Assembly: GCF_006345805.1 (NCBI RefSeq)
Contig: NC_042999.1
Span: 171,492,001 to 171,556,000, forward strand
DNA length: 64,000 nucleotides
Direction of reading: 5' to 3'
DNA from: Octopus sinensis
Lineage: Eukaryota
A model generated the notes under the pieces. The model was not told where the DNA came from, did not search any database, and saw nothing but the letters and a program-made list of their open reading frames with translations. How positions within the stretch are numbered: the first letter of the stretch is position 1; the number at the start of each line of letters is the position of its first letter. The position numbers and the translations under genes were made by a program. This document shows, in pieces, positions 41,035 to 55,376 of this stretch.

Positions 41035-41809
41035 AATAATGATAATAATAATAATAATAATAATTCAATGGTAAGAAAAACCTCTCAATGGCAAGAAAAA
41101 CCTCTCAATGGTAAATACGCAAAGAGAGCAAATAATGTCGATGTTGACATCACGATATTGGATATTGTGCGTCGTCTAAAATAACAGCAACAACAACAAC
41201 AACAACAATAATAATAATGATGATGATGATAATAATAATAATGGTAATAAGCCATGACGGAGTACGAGGCAGTGGCTTTTATGGCTTTGATTTTAACAAA
41301 TTCGAATGTTACCATGTACATTGTATTGGTATAAAAGATGGCCTACAGCAAATCTTCTGCTCAATACCACAGTTTTGTTTGTCAATTGTTTGACCATAAC
41401 TAGTTGATTATGCCCCTTAGTGGCTGTCAATATGTATATCTCTGATCCTGAGCAGAAATAGTGGGGGAGCATCATAGCCATGTGATGAGTGGAATTCTTT
41501 TGAGTTTGGATAATTCTCCTGTGGAAACATGGGTGTTTCGTTCAAATTCCTTAAACAACCCTTATTCAGGAACTATTTGCAAGGGTTGTGCTACTCTACC
41601 TGAAGAGAATTCTAACAGACTCCCACCCGCAATGTCATGCGCTGTTTATCGTGATATGAAATCACTATCTTGCGCACATATAGTTGTGCTGCAGGTGCCT
41701 GGTGTACCCTTATCAGATGGGTAGTCATGATGGGTATATCGGGCTTTGTATATTTTACCCCAGTGTCACTTTGAGGGCATGCACTACTCTCTCACTCAAT
41801 AACAATAAC

Positions 41810-41876
<67 letters not shown>

Positions 41877-41879
41877 TAA

Positions 41880-42330
41880 TAGTAATAGACTGGACCAAAA
41901 GCTATATATGGAAACTTGACAAAAAATCTAGAAAGTTTTTGACAATATATGTAACCTACCATCCAAAAGCTGATATCAATCGGCTGTACTTGAGGAAAGA
42001 CCGGGTAGGAAGATGCTTAATAGCAGTAGAAGCATGTGTACAGATAGGAAGGGAAAAGGCTAGTAGAGTATTTACAGAGCAGCACAGAAAAATTACTAAA
42101 GACATTAAATAAAGAAAAGGTGATCAAGTGCTTAAAAGTAGAAAAAGACCAGAATGAAATTCAAAGAGAGAACATCAGACAGATTAAAGAGAAACATCCG
42201 CATGGTCAGTTTTGGAGAGCCACTAAAGGCGTACGTGGAATAAAGTCCTAGGCCTGGCTAAAAAAGAGGCATTTAAAAAAACAATCCGTGCACCTAGTTG
42301 TAACAGCCCAAGATCAAGCAATAACAGCTG
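41880..42330 (+). mobile_element. R4/Dong-type LINE internal fragment
   Basis: IDWTK..KLDKKSRKFLT..HPKADINRLYLRKDRVGRCL; HPHGQFWR; AWLKKRHLKK..VTAQDQAI; preceded by (AAT)n. Confidence 0.85.
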
Positions 42331-42947
42331 AAAACTTGTTGATACCTAAGGTTACCCGCTACCAACTTAAACCATACCAGGAATAAGATTGGATCTGAGT
42401 CAAACTAAATAATAATAACTTTAGATACCTTGGATTAACATAATTTCGATTTGAAAATAAAACATCTCTCTCTGAATAAATATAGCATTCGATCGATATA
42501 TATTCTGCTGTGACATATTCAGCCCACATCGACAATACATATGACAAAGTATTGCTGTTATCCTATCTCGATATATTTGCACACTATCATGCATGGTTAA
42601 ACAACAATTAGCACACAAAATATATGAATATCCACTTGGTATCAATACAATCATCAAGACCATAGTTTCTTCGGTCCAGGAACACATCCACCCAGATTAA
42701 AATAACAGAAATGGAATATGGAATATATTTCAGAAATATAAAAAAAGTTGTAAACAGCCACTTGAACGATAAGAACGCGTGCAACATATGTTACCGGTCG
42801 AATAATTTTGAATTCGGTTGTCTACATACAGGTTCCACCAATTTATTTAATTATAACTGAAACCTCACAGATGACCAATTAGAGCACAAACACAGCGTAC
42901 CTATTCGTTTAAATCACCAGTGAACTGAACTGCTGATATTCCACACA

Positions 42948-42990
<43 letters not shown>

Positions 42991-43229
42991 GACATGTATA
43001 TATATATGACCCTTCTGTCCGGCACTAGTCGCCATGATAGATCGTTAGCCACTACACACATTTTTTCTCTTCTTGTTTCTCTCATTGTTTTTTCTGTGTC
43101 CCTTTCTGTAGAAGAGAGTAGCATCGAAACGTAAAAGAATTTTTCTATTTCTGAGCGTTATACTAATACATCTGTTTTGTACACCACCTGTCTTCCTCTT
43201 CTGTTTTTTTCGTAAACTCTCCCTATATA

Positions 43230-44461
43230 TCTTTATATATATAAAAGTGAGAATGTGTATATGTCTGTCTGTGTGTTTCCCTAAAACTTGAGAACTACCC
43301 AATCAATTTCATTCAAATTTTACACATGCCTTACTTAGAATCGGGGGATTGTCATCGGCAAAACTTTTTTTTACTTTTTGCCTAGGGCGATCCCAAGGCA
43401 ATATCATATCATCGATACTATGATTCCCTAAATATTGAGAACTACACAACCAATTTCGTTCAAATTTTACACATGACTTACTTAGGGTCCATGTAGTGTC
43501 ATGGGCAAAAAAAATGTTCAACATCTTGCCTAGAGCGAGCCCATACATGCCTTACGTAGAGTACGGGGAGTGTCATCGGCAAAAAAAGTTCAACTTCTTG
43601 CCTAGAGCGAGCCCATAGCAATATCATATCTTCTCCACTATTTTAATATTACGTGTTAAAAGTGAAACAAAAACATTTCTCTATTTCATGTCAGATACTT
43701 TCACTTTAACAATAAAAATAATAATAACGATTGAATTATATGTAGTAAGTAATAGTTAAAATCAAACTAAAGTATAATATAATCGTAACATAACAAAAGT
43801 AAAAATAGCAATTGGTATAAAACTGCATCAATGACTTGAACTTGAATAAGTGGTTTCACATGAATGGGAATAAATTAAAAATAAAATTAACGTGCAGAAA
43901 TGGAATAGTCCAGATGGACAATAAAAAATTAAATTAAAGAAAAGACTATTGTCTATAAAGTATACAATGTAGAGAAAAAAAAGATTTGAACACATGGAGG
44001 AAAGCACCTTCGAAAAGTGTCTTGGTGCGACTATGAAAGATATCTAATCAGAGGCGGTAAATTTGCCACAATAGAAGCAAGGTTCGAGTCAACGGAGTGT
44101 GCAAGGGAGTACTCGACTCGAACTTGCACAGTAGAAATATTTTATTTTTACCTTTATATCTGGGACGTAGGACGTCCCGGAAAAAATTTAAAATCTCCCA
44201 ACCCCAGAATTAGAGGTAGGCTGGATTGTAGCCACACTTCTACATACAATTGATCGAAATTACAAGAGACGGGCTAACAATTCCAGTCTGTTATAAATTT
44301 TGAGTATTGTCATCACTAGCGATATCAAGATATAACTTTGTATTTTGTATTTTATGTGTAGATGTATATATATAGATGTACATGTAATATGTACACATAT
44401 ATATACACATATATACACGCACTAGCACTGTGACCCGGCAACGACGGGTCTTTAATGCTAG
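43230..44461 (+). mobile_element. Non-autonomous Helitron
   Basis: 5' A|TC start; internal ~155-bp tandem repeats (43280-43630); 3' hairpin GACCCG-gcaacga-CGGGTC (44432-44450) then CTAG|T; no TSD. Confidence 0.8.
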
Positions 44462-44483
44462 TATATATATATATATATATATA

Positions 44484-44645
44484 CGACGGATTTCTTTCAG
44501 TTTCCGTGTACCAAATCCACTAATAAGACTTTGGTCGGCCCGAGGCTATAGTAGAAGACACTTGCACAAGGTGCTACGCAGTGGGACTGAACCCGGAACC
44601 ATGTGGTTGGGAAGCAAGCGTCTCACCACACAGCCACTTCTGAGC
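44484..44645 (-). mobile_element. SINE family B, 5' half
   Basis: Matches 26733-26890. Confidence 0.85.
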
Positions 44646-44658
44646 GTAAAAGCATGCG

Positions 44659-44717
44659 CTTCCATGCCAGGAATTGAAACCGGGCCGCCTGAGTGAAGAC
44701 TAGTAAATCACTACTAA
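44659..44717 (-). pseudogene. tRNA-Glu(TTC) pseudogene
   Basis: Minus GATTTACTAGTCTTCACTCAGGCGGCCCGGTTTCAATTCCTGGCATGGAAG resembles the 3' two-thirds of eukaryotic tRNA-Glu(TTC); the acceptor 5' strand and D arm are decayed. Confidence 0.7.
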
Positions 44718-45539
44718 GCTTGAAATATAATTTTAAATATCTGCACTAAACCACTGTCCTTTGTGACCTTAGATTGATTGACCCTCCAGCCCCATTTTAC
44801 TGAAACTTTAAAGTTTGAGCTCTCACCCCGATGCAATACTGACATATCTTTACCATTATCTTCACTTTTATTTTACTTTTTATCTTTATCTTTACCTTTT
44901 TACCCATATCTTATCTTTATTCCTCTCTCCTCCATCCCTCTCTCTTTTTCTCTTTCTCCTCTCTCTAACATATACTCTCACTCATAAAACCCATTTATGT
45001 CTATCTTACTTTCTCGTTCTATATACACATTTACATACTATCTATCGCTTTAATATGAATACATCATTCGAAATATTGCCAACATATCACCTGGATTTAC
45101 CTTGGATTTTAACTAAGGACTTCATGGAAGTACCAACCAACACCCATATTCTCTGGAATAAGATGAGTTGTGAAGATTAACCTGTCGCCTGTATTCTATC
45201 TTTACACTTTATTCTTTATAAACTGTGAATATATATTATTTCTTGTAAACGGCAAAATTTCATTGTCTAAAATATTCATGCCTTGTCTCTGATGACGGAA
45301 TATTCAGTAAGAATTCAAATTCACCTGACCCTCATAAATTTATTCTAAACGACTTCAGATACTCGTTCTGCCTTGGTTTTACTTTTCCCTCTAATAAAAT
45401 ATATGCCTGCTATGACGGAACCCTGATACCGATCCCTAGATACAGCCTCAGCCGTGAACTTGGATCCTAACGGACAACCAGCTACAGCACTTACCCAGCG
45501 TACCTATTCGTTTAGATCTCAAGTGAACTAAACCCCTCA

Positions 45540-45605
<66 letters not shown>

Positions 45606-46030
45606 TATATATCTTGTTTTTCCCTGTCCTGTCTTTTACTGTTTATATTTTTGTACTGTCGTTACTGTCCTGTTTTTTTACCATTTTTTACCACTCTGCG
45701 AAAAGATCTCAGAATTTTAATTGATTTGCTTTTCGCAGGATGGAAAGTTTCTTGTCGAAGATACGTCTCGCTTTTATCCTTCGAAACGTAGAGTAGATGA
45801 AACCATAGCGACTGAAGAAGGGGTTTTTTCTTTGTGTTAATTGTCCTGTACTCCATTTTTTGTTGTTTTTAAAAAAATGTCCAGTTCCTTTGGTTTGTGT
45901 CTATGTTTTCGTTTCTCTTTGTGTTCGACGTCCCTTTGGTGTCCTGTACTCATATATGCGTGTATATGTACATGTAGAGGTAGGTACGTACATATATGTT
46001 TATATATATGCATATGTTTTATTTCATTTA

Positions 46031-46083
<53 letters not shown>

Positions 46084-46385
46084 CACCGTCACCGACCAGG
46101 CTATCAGATGTTGCTACACATCGCTGGTCACAATGCGCTAAGTATTGTTGTAGCCTTCAAATGGTGCCACGCCGCTCGCTAAGGGAACAAGCCAAAAGAC
46201 GAAAGAGTGAGAGAAAGTTGTGGCGAAAGAGTACAGCAGGGATCGCCACCACGCTCTGCCGGAGCCTCATGGAGCTTTAGGTATTTTCGCTCAATAAACA
46301 ATCACAATGCTCGGTCCGGTAATCGAAACTACGATCCTACGATCACGAGTCCGCTGCCCTAACCACTGGGCCATTGCGTCTCCAC
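46084..46385 (-). mobile_element. tRNA-derived SINE family D
   Basis: Head GGAGACGCAATGGCCCAGTGGTTAGGGCAGCGGACTCGTGATC..GTTTCGATTACC with A and B boxes; flanked by microsatellites. Confidence 0.8.
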
Positions 46386-46387
46386 AA

Positions 46388-46422
<35 letters not shown>

Positions 46423-49417
46423 CATACATACATACACATACACATATATATATATATGTTTGTATGCATGTATGTGTGTGTTTTTGCTTATATGTATATG
46501 CGCGTGTTTTGTCATTTGTATGATTCCGTTTACAGAGGGGGAAAAGTGAGACTAGCAGTCGACTGAGAGATGGTTAAATAACATACATAAAGCAACAAAA
46601 CTTGAATGTGTGTCGTTGTCATTACGTTATTCTACTGTCCATCACAAAGTAATGGATATTAAACCAGTTACGCTTGATTTGCGAAATTAATATTTCCATA
46701 GCAAAATGTTCTCTACAAAATAAATATTTAATTCCGTTGTTCCAGCCGAATAGCACAGTGTCTGTATTGTTTAGTGAATGTCATCCTGAATTTACTGAGA
46801 ACAAACTTTACAATTTATCTGATATAAGAAGCTTTCGAAATTTCTACACTGGTTAAATCAATAGTATTCAGTAATAATATGCCTCGGAGGTTTTTCAATA
46901 AGTGACATCCAAGCTGCATGTTCTGTAAAGTTGTCACTCTACCTAATCGACTTCAGAAGTTATGAATGACAGAAATATTAAAATATCTGTCAGATTTGAC
47001 TCAACATAATATATACAACAATAACGAAACACAGACACTACATATATTACGGAAACTACGATAAAATGCACAAATTATTTACGTAGCCTGCCTTCCTAAT
47101 ATCCCACATTCAGATTTCATAGTACTCTTTTGGCGTGCTTTTTAAAATAAATTTGCAACAGCAGCTAATACATCCTACCTTCGTTTTAAAGAGTTAGACT
47201 AAACATTTTCCAAGCCTCCATTATACACGAACACACAATATATTAGAACACGTCTTCTTATAGCTCATACTAGTCTTCATTGGTGTATTCATTCGACGTA
47301 TCAGAAACGGAAGCTAAGCGTATTGATCACACCAAATACTGCATATTTCTTATTTTTTCACCTATAAAACGCAAGCACATTAATTATTACTTTGGAGAAA
47401 GCCATGTGTGGGATATTCGCAAACACGCAAACACACAGTCCCACATCGTACTGTTGTCTGGCTTACCACTATGAACACATCGAAACGTCTACTGGTAACA
47501 GCAAAACAAATGAGAATTAATACTTCGCCTTTCCGAATACCTTTATTTTATTGTAAATCTTTCCGGATATTATTCAAATATATACACTAATTAGAATATC
47601 ATATTCCCCATAAACGCCTAACTCAATAATTTGTGTTTTCTGTAGTGTATATAATTAAACAAACAAAAAGAAAAAATATACATGGCATAAATAGATATCG
47701 CTAATTTCATATTTCCTGCTCCTCTACGCAAATGTATTCTGAAGTATAAACGCGTACACTGCTTACATATAAGAACTATATTATCCAGCTGAACTAATAC
47801 ACAGCAAGACAAACTCCATTGTCATATTTTGTTTAGGATCAGTTTGCTGTGAAACAGAGAGTATCCGAATAGATAATCGATTAACACATTGAAACACAAT
47901 ATATATGGTCCCACATAAAACATTAAAAGAACACAAATTCACTAAGCACTCTCTCTTAAACTACAATTTACATAGCGAACTGATTATGGTACAGTCGTAC
48001 ATGAAAACATCTTGTTTTTTTTCAGAGACTTATGGCCTACTCGTTCTGTCACATCATCAATTAAGAAATTACTTCGTCACAAAAAATAGACAGGTGTATG
48101 CGGAACAGTGATTGAAGGTGTACTGAAATTTCGGTGCCATTGCAACAGATTGTGCAAGTGACAATATAATTGCTGCATGAAATTATTGATGGGGTATTGA
48201 GCTGTCGTTTTATGTACCAAAATAACTGTTTGGATATTCGTGGATGTTCGCGGCTCTGTTGCCAAATATTGCAATCCCCTTAAAATATTACCAGTTTTAA
48301 TAAGATACACCTTTGATTAATATTCTGTCAGGAAATAAATCTTTTACTACTTGCTATTTGAAGTTATAAAAATCATTATATAAAAGATATTTTGATGTTG
48401 TAGTCGTTGCTGTTTCTGTTGTTGTGGTATCGTCTTAAGATAGCAGTTATTTTCCAACCTCGTCGAGTGAAGACAACGTATTACTCAAACAAGATATCGA
48501 CCCCCGAAACTTTGGATGATGAATCTATTTCACTAAAAGGTGCTGTGCGTGTGTGAATATGCACGCGCGCGTCTGAGTATTTATGAAGAAACTTCGTGAC
48601 TACTGTACGAGACAGAACGTACGTATATGTGCCTTACGAAAAAATATAGATATATTCTTCGCTACTGTTTAACGTCACCCATCGAGCATGGCTCAGCTTG
48701 AAAGCCTGCCAATAACCTTCATGTGGGCTGTGATTTGGACATAACATATATATCTCCCTTAGTTAAGTAAAAACAAAACAGTGTATACTTCATGGTAAAT
48801 TTGACTATTTTTTATAGATCGATCAATTGCATTGAGCCATTTCGTGTGCCTGATAGTACAGGGAGAGTGTTTGAATATGTACGATAGTACGTACATTACT
48901 ATCCACAAACATCAGCTATATTTTTAATACAAATATCACCGATATGTTTGCATGAAAACTAATGAACGAATGATTTCAGTCAAGCAAAATCATGAACAAA
49001 CTGGAAGCTGCAGCAACAATAGTTACTATACATTTTATTTAATTCTATATTTTTCCCCAATGTGCAACACATTGACGGTTATAATTCTAGGTCAGCTTAT
49101 AGCATTTCATTCCGCAGTACTGACATATGAGCGGAATTGAAGCAGAACAATAACTTTATTCAAATGTGTCCTGCGCTCTATCCAATTTCCCTTTAGCTAT
49201 TTCAACCAGAACTCAATTTTAGAAATATCTATTAGGGAAAAAATTACTCTTACAATAAGAATTGACTATTTCATTCAATATTGAAAATGTCATATGCCCA
49301 CTAACACACAAACACACACACACGCATACATACATACCCGCATACATACACACCCGCACGCGCGCACACACACACACACACACACGCATAAGCGGACATG
49401 TATATACACATGTATAC

Positions 49418-49493
<76 letters not shown>

Positions 49494-52400
49494 AGCACAA
49501 ACACAAACACATACACATATATATTCACAATATATTATATCACAGTTCTTATGTGATATTCAATAATATTTGATGACATTCGTTACTGATAAATTTCATA
49601 TAAATTCTTTAATATTCATATAGGCTATTTTTCCTCTTAAGAGCTATATCGAATTGAATTCATTCTTATCTTCAATAAATAATCGATTTTTTTTATTCAT
49701 CGCGAATAAATTCTATCAAATAAATTTTTTGTGTAAATACAAGCGGAAATCGGTTCAAATTGCAGACTTATTATGTGCGTTACTAATTCATTAGAAAGAA
49801 TTCATTGCGTTTTATATCAGCACTTGCATTTATCATTCCAAATTTCCGTTCTATTCAGTGTAAGGATATGTGATAATGAGAAATCAATTTTGTTTAGTGA
49901 AATCATTGAACTCTATATACAAACATGTAGAGATTAAAATATGGCATTTTGTAAGATTGAAATAAAATTTATATGATATCTTACTCTGTAGATAACACTC
50001 AAATGAAAGCTCCATCAGTCTTTTAATAGAGCAATCCAAACAGGCATACGGATTACTTTAGGAAGCTACTGATAATGGCTGATGACATATTGAGAAATTT
50101 TAGAATAATTATAATGGATAATTGAAATAGTGAAAAACATTTACGATGATTGGTTAGTGAGAATATATTGGTTGTATTCTTAAATTTGAAATATTTGTTC
50201 GTACTTAATAATAAGAGGAATATATTCGGCCGAAATTCTTCTCGCGTTTTTGTTATCTATTAATTGATATATTGCAACTAAAATGACTATTTTCTCCAGT
50301 GCACAGATATTTCAACATTGTGTTACACTTAAATTGGTTTATTATACGAAAAATAATCATTTGATTTGTTGAACAATAAACAAATTGTATACTTCATAAT
50401 ACTCTCATGCAGAAATGATATTTCTGTATTTAGACTATTTGGTAAAGTAGAGACACAATGACTACCACAAACATATTTGGATTTCTTTGGCTTACATTAT
50501 TCCTAATAATACCAGCATTTAATTTTACTATGTTATTGATAACTATAACTTATGTTATTTTTCAAAATAATTATAGCACGAATTTATTCAATGAAAACTT
50601 ATGCCTACTACAGTAAAAATACATCTGTTATATGGAGGGTCAAAGCAACTAATGTTTCAAACTGATTTACCTTTTCTTTTTAGTTTACTGCATCGAGAGT
50701 TGCTATAAAAGATATTCTCATTAGAACCAATCTTTATAAATGTCATCACATCATGAGATTTCTCATTTGCGGAGTTATTTGGTAGATATAGGGTTCTTAT
50801 CGGTATATCTGTTGTGATTAGAAATTTTGTTAACATGGCATAAATTGTCGCCGAAGTTTTACAGGAATAAAAATGCTCATTCTTTTCATTTAATATCACA
50901 TGTAGCTTATTTGCAAATGCCAAATGTGTCACTAATTCTGTAATGAACACGAATTATATAAATCTTGAATACAAACTTTGCATACACAAAGTTGTTTTTG
51001 AAATTAAAAATTTATGAAGTTATTGAGTCAATTCTCACTCTACAAATTGCCCATAAATTTATGGATCTTAATTTTAGGTGACGAAAGATGCTTCTCAATT
51101 TAACATCTGCCGAGTGATTACTTTTAACATTAACGTCAAACGTGGTGCTGGATGGTTATTTAATCCCCTACGAAAATACGAAAGCAAGCAACAACCTCAT
51201 CTAATTAATTCTTATTAATGTGTATACAGTGGGTTAATATCAAATTTCAAATGGGATCACATCAGCTTGGTAATGCACAGATAGTAAAGGCTCAAAGAAG
51301 TCTTTATTTCGATTGGCTTTTGGAAGACTCGGGGCATAAAGATACAGAAGAATTTTGTATGAAAAGCGAAGGTGCAATATCATACTAGCATATCTAATGT
51401 ACCGATAAAGCACAGCTCGTTCCTTTTTAAAAATGACGTTAACAGCTTTAATGTCTGGAAGTTAAAATAGTGGACAAAGGTATCAGATATGAATCGAAAA
51501 TCCTTAAAAAGTAATCGCTAAATACAATTCAAATTCATTCTAATTTTCTTGTCTAAGTGAAAAAGCTAAAAGAAATTCTGCTAACTTAATAACAGATTAA
51601 TTACTTATGCTTCACTTAAAACAAAATTTGTTTCTACTATATTTTTATTTGTCATGTCGAGTACAGAAATGCACGTTATATGAGTCATCTGATAACTTAC
51701 GGATCCATTTTTGACATTAGTGTTTCCAGATGTATTTAACCTGTACGATATTTTAGTTGGAATTAGCTGTAATGGCTGTCGTATGTCATGCACAAGAGTA
51801 ACGTATGAATGCAACTAATGTATAAATTATGATTATTTTAAAACCTTAAATAACCACAAAAATGAAATGCCTAAATCTCTATATATTTATGCACAAAAAG
51901 TCCAACAATTGTAAAACTGTTGGAAGTTGAGTGTATAAAATTAAATGTGGCAAAGGCTCGGATGTTCCAACAAAGAAAAAACATATTCCATTAAATAGAT
52001 ATCTGCAGTTTGACTAACAAGTCTATGATAAATAACAACCATTGAAGAGAACTCAAATCTAAAGACAGCGTCATGAGGACGAGAACGACGTAAACTAACC
52101 ACAGAACAACGTCTGTAACCAAAGTTTTCTCCCGAAAAATCGAATAGTCGTGTAGTATCAATGACACTGCTCATCTGAATATGTGTGTGTGTATTTTCTG
52201 TTAGTATACAAACAATATCCAAAGAATATGAAATCACTTTGAGCAGTACCGTCTGCGTAGTTAAAAATAGACGCTTCAATATTATAATATTATACGTAGT
52301 GGAGTGTACTGAGGAATAAAATCAATTTCTATAGCGTACTGTGTGCAGTCAACTGAATCGACATCACTATATCAATATCAATTAATGGGTAGACCGCATC

Positions 52401-53139
52401 GTGAAGAATCGCAAATTCAAGCCTGTGAAATAATGTTATTTTGAATTCTTTAAATAAAATCGAAGATATCAGTGATAAGAATCGTTCAGTTTAAGTGCAG
52501 TTGCCTTTATTCGTTTGCTGTCTTTGAAATTATTCAGGATACAGCTTCAAATGTATATAAGATTAAAGAAAAACACGTTGCTGCCTATAGAACTTCTTAT
52601 GTATTCATTTTAAGAAAACCCAAGAATAATTATATAAGTAAGATAGAACATATTGTAAGTTGAATCGATCACTGCTGATTACAAATAATTAATTTTCCAG
52701 TTACGGAACTTGTGTATAGCAGCTCTTGTACAGTGCGGAAGACTTGTTCGATTGTTTGACATTCGTATTATCTTTATGGAAATGCATTTCTAATAGAATG
52801 CACAGCAATCCGACCTAGTCGATAATGAATACGTATCTCAAAGTTGTTATAAATTAGTGATGAAACAAATTGGGTAAATGTTAAATTTGAAGACAGGTGT
52901 CATAGATATATATATATATATATATATTTGTTGAAATGGATAAATGAATTATCTTGTTACGGATTATTCAAAATTTAACCGATACCTGGGTAGCAAAAAT
53001 CACAACAGAAAAAACACGGTTGAGGTTACGACCATGGGGTGTCGCAACCGTGCCTTAGCGCGGATAATTGAAGTTTTATATATTTAGTGAAGAGAAGAAA
53101 TGGAGCTGAACGAAGATTCTACAAACTTCCTTTTTATTA

Positions 53140-53223
53140 TTTTCTACACATGTTTCAAAGGCTGCAAATTTCCAAATTCGGATTGAATAAGGAGACCATT
53201 TTGCAGCTTTCTCTTCAGGAAAA
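53140..53223 (-). ncRNA. Type I hammerhead ribozyme with long stem II
   Basis: TTTTC-CTGAAGA-GAAAGCTGCAAA..TTTGCAGCCTTT-GAAA-CATGTG-TA^GAAAA. Confidence 0.85.
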
Positions 53224-53831
53224 ACCAGGAATATAAATCTCCAAAGCAAATGCGCAGCAAGCTATTCGAACAAAACGCTCCCTAGGAGCCCATGGTAAGG
53301 CACAAAACTGTCTCTCAATGTGCGTTGACGTCAGGGTGTGTGAAGGCCGACGAAAAAGTCCGTTGGAACAAATCGAGGTCAAACTGCGGTTAAATTTGGT
53401 AGGGGAAGAATTCAAGAAAACCAAAGAGTGTGAATACATTCTGTATAACTAATGTTAATGTTCGAATTGTTTTAAGAATGAAAGCTATCTTATTTGGGTG
53501 TGAGAAACTACTTACATGTATGTGTGTGTGCGCCTGTGTATGTGTGGCAGTATGTTAGGAAGCAGTTAGTGGGAAAATATATTGCAGATATTGTAGGTCA
53601 AGCGGCTGATAAAAGCCTGTGTCTGTGTGTTCGTCTGTGGTCAGTTTATACACCGATGACTTGTTAAACAAGGGGAGTATAATCCCTGATATTGTTTCTA
53701 AATAAGTAGCAGATCATACGCTAAAAGGGGAGTAATTTCCCTTTACAAATTTAATTCAAAATTTTTTTTCCAAATTTTTTCCAAAATTTTTTTCCTTTCT
53801 AAGGACATCAAGGTGTTAATTATCTTAGGCT

Positions 53832-54317
53832 TCAATTGTATGCAAGAAATGTGTGCCGCCTCCAATGGGGACATCTGAAAGAGTTTTGCAAAATCGCGTT
53901 AACTAGCCGCCCTCGGGCGAACAAAATGTGAAAAAGTTCAGAGTTGCAGAGATTACAGATTCTTTTGCCTCTATCAAACGGTACAGACACCGATAAAATC
54001 GACCATTCCAGTCTAAATGCTGAATTCGCGTTCTTCAAACGCCAGATCAATTTACTTAGTCCGGTCGCGTGTTGTTTTCTAAAATCTCGAAATGTTGTGA
54101 AGTGGTTCGATATTCTCACGGCCAATTTTGATGATGACGCTCCGATATACAAGTAGACATCTGATTCAGTACAAACTCTGCATTGGTAAATGGCATTTCT
54201 AATCTTGGAAATACTAGATAAGAACCTTATTCTATTGGGATTGGCTTCAGATATTAATACGGCGTTCTTATTACTATGATGATTGCGAGAACTGCGGCTG
54301 TCTTCGACATTATACAC
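53832..54317 (-). CDS. GIY-YIG endonuclease domain of Penelope-like element (left arm)
   Basis: NAIYQC..YLYIGASS..RISNH..TGLSKLIW..ICNLCNSE..CPH. There is no ATG; it is a truncated part of a longer ORF, open further upstream. Confidence 0.85.
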   Translation of the reverse strand: MYNVEDSRSSRNHHSNKNAVLISEANPNRIRFLSSISKIRNAIYQCRVCTESDVYLYIGASSSKLAVRISNHFTTFRDFRKQHATGLSKLIWRLKNANSAFRLEWSILSVSVPFDRGKRICNLCNSELFHILFARGRLVNAILQNSFRCPHWRRHTFLAYN

Positions 54318-54890
54318 CCCATTATCAATACTATTTAATGGAATATCACCTGTATATTCCCTGGCACTGAGATCGCTGTGATTGCTAATGTCCGTGATGC
54401 TACTGTTGTCAAAACCGTTGCTAAAAGTGTTATTGGCACTCTCTACATTAATGACTCGGACAGTGCTCTCTGGGTATTATGCCACTGTTAACTCACACAA
54501 AGTTAGGATAGCCTTCTCCAACACTAAGAATCTCTCACAGATAATTTCCTCCCATAACAATAAGCTGCTAAATAAGGCCCTCTCACCAGAATAACGCGCA
54601 GTAATAATAATAATAATAATAATGATAATAGAACCGGCACAGAGATTAGCAATCTCCATACCAGCCATGGAGTTAATAATAGGAATAAGGATAGGAGCAA
54701 TGGTGACGACACTAGCGTTAGTAATGGTAATGGGGATGAGAGCACTGTCCGAGTCATTAATGTAGAGAGTCCCAATAACACTTTTAGCAACGGTTTTGAC
54801 AACAGTAGCATCACGGACATTAGCAATCACAGCGATCTCAGTGCCAGGGAATATACAGGTGATATTCCATTAAATAGTATTGATAATGGG

Positions 54891-55376
54891 GTGTATAATG
54901 TCGAAGACAGCCGCAGTTCTCGCAATAATCATAGTAATAAGAACGCCGTATTAATATCTGAAGCCAATCCCAATAGAATAAGGTTCTTATCTAGTAATTC
55001 CAAGATTAGAAATGCCATTTACCAATGCAGAGTTTGTACTGAATCAGATGTCTACTTGTATATCGGAGCGTCATCATCAAAATTGGCCGTGAGAATATCG
55101 AACCACTTCACAACATTTCGCGATTTTAGAAAACAACACGTAACCGGACTAAGTAAATTGATCTGGCGTTTGAAGAACGCGAATTCAGCATTTAGACTGG
55201 AATGGTCGATTTTATCGGTGTCTGTACCGTTTGATAGAGGCAAAAGAATCTGTAGTCTCTGCAACTCTGAACTTTTTCACATTTTGTTCGCCCGAGGGCG
55301 GCTAGTTAACGCGATTTTGCAAAACTCTTTCAGATGTCCCCATTGGAGGCGGCACACATTTCTTGCATACAATTGA
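54891..55376 (+). CDS. GIY-YIG endonuclease domain of Penelope-like element (right arm)
   Basis: Same protein with 4 aa differences in 161. The frame is open from ~54576 through an Asn/Ser-rich linker; GTG is not a real start. Confidence 0.85.
   Translation: MYNVEDSRSSRNNHSNKNAVLISEANPNRIRFLSSNSKIRNAIYQCRVCTESDVYLYIGASSSKLAVRISNHFTTFRDFRKQHVTGLSKLIWRLKNANSAFRLEWSILSVSVPFDRGKRICSLCNSELFHILFARGRLVNAILQNSFRCPHWRRHTFLAYN

Noticed and set aside
45686-45795. Two hairpins ending in GAAACGTA
   Set aside because: No CUGANGA-type 5' core is identifiable.
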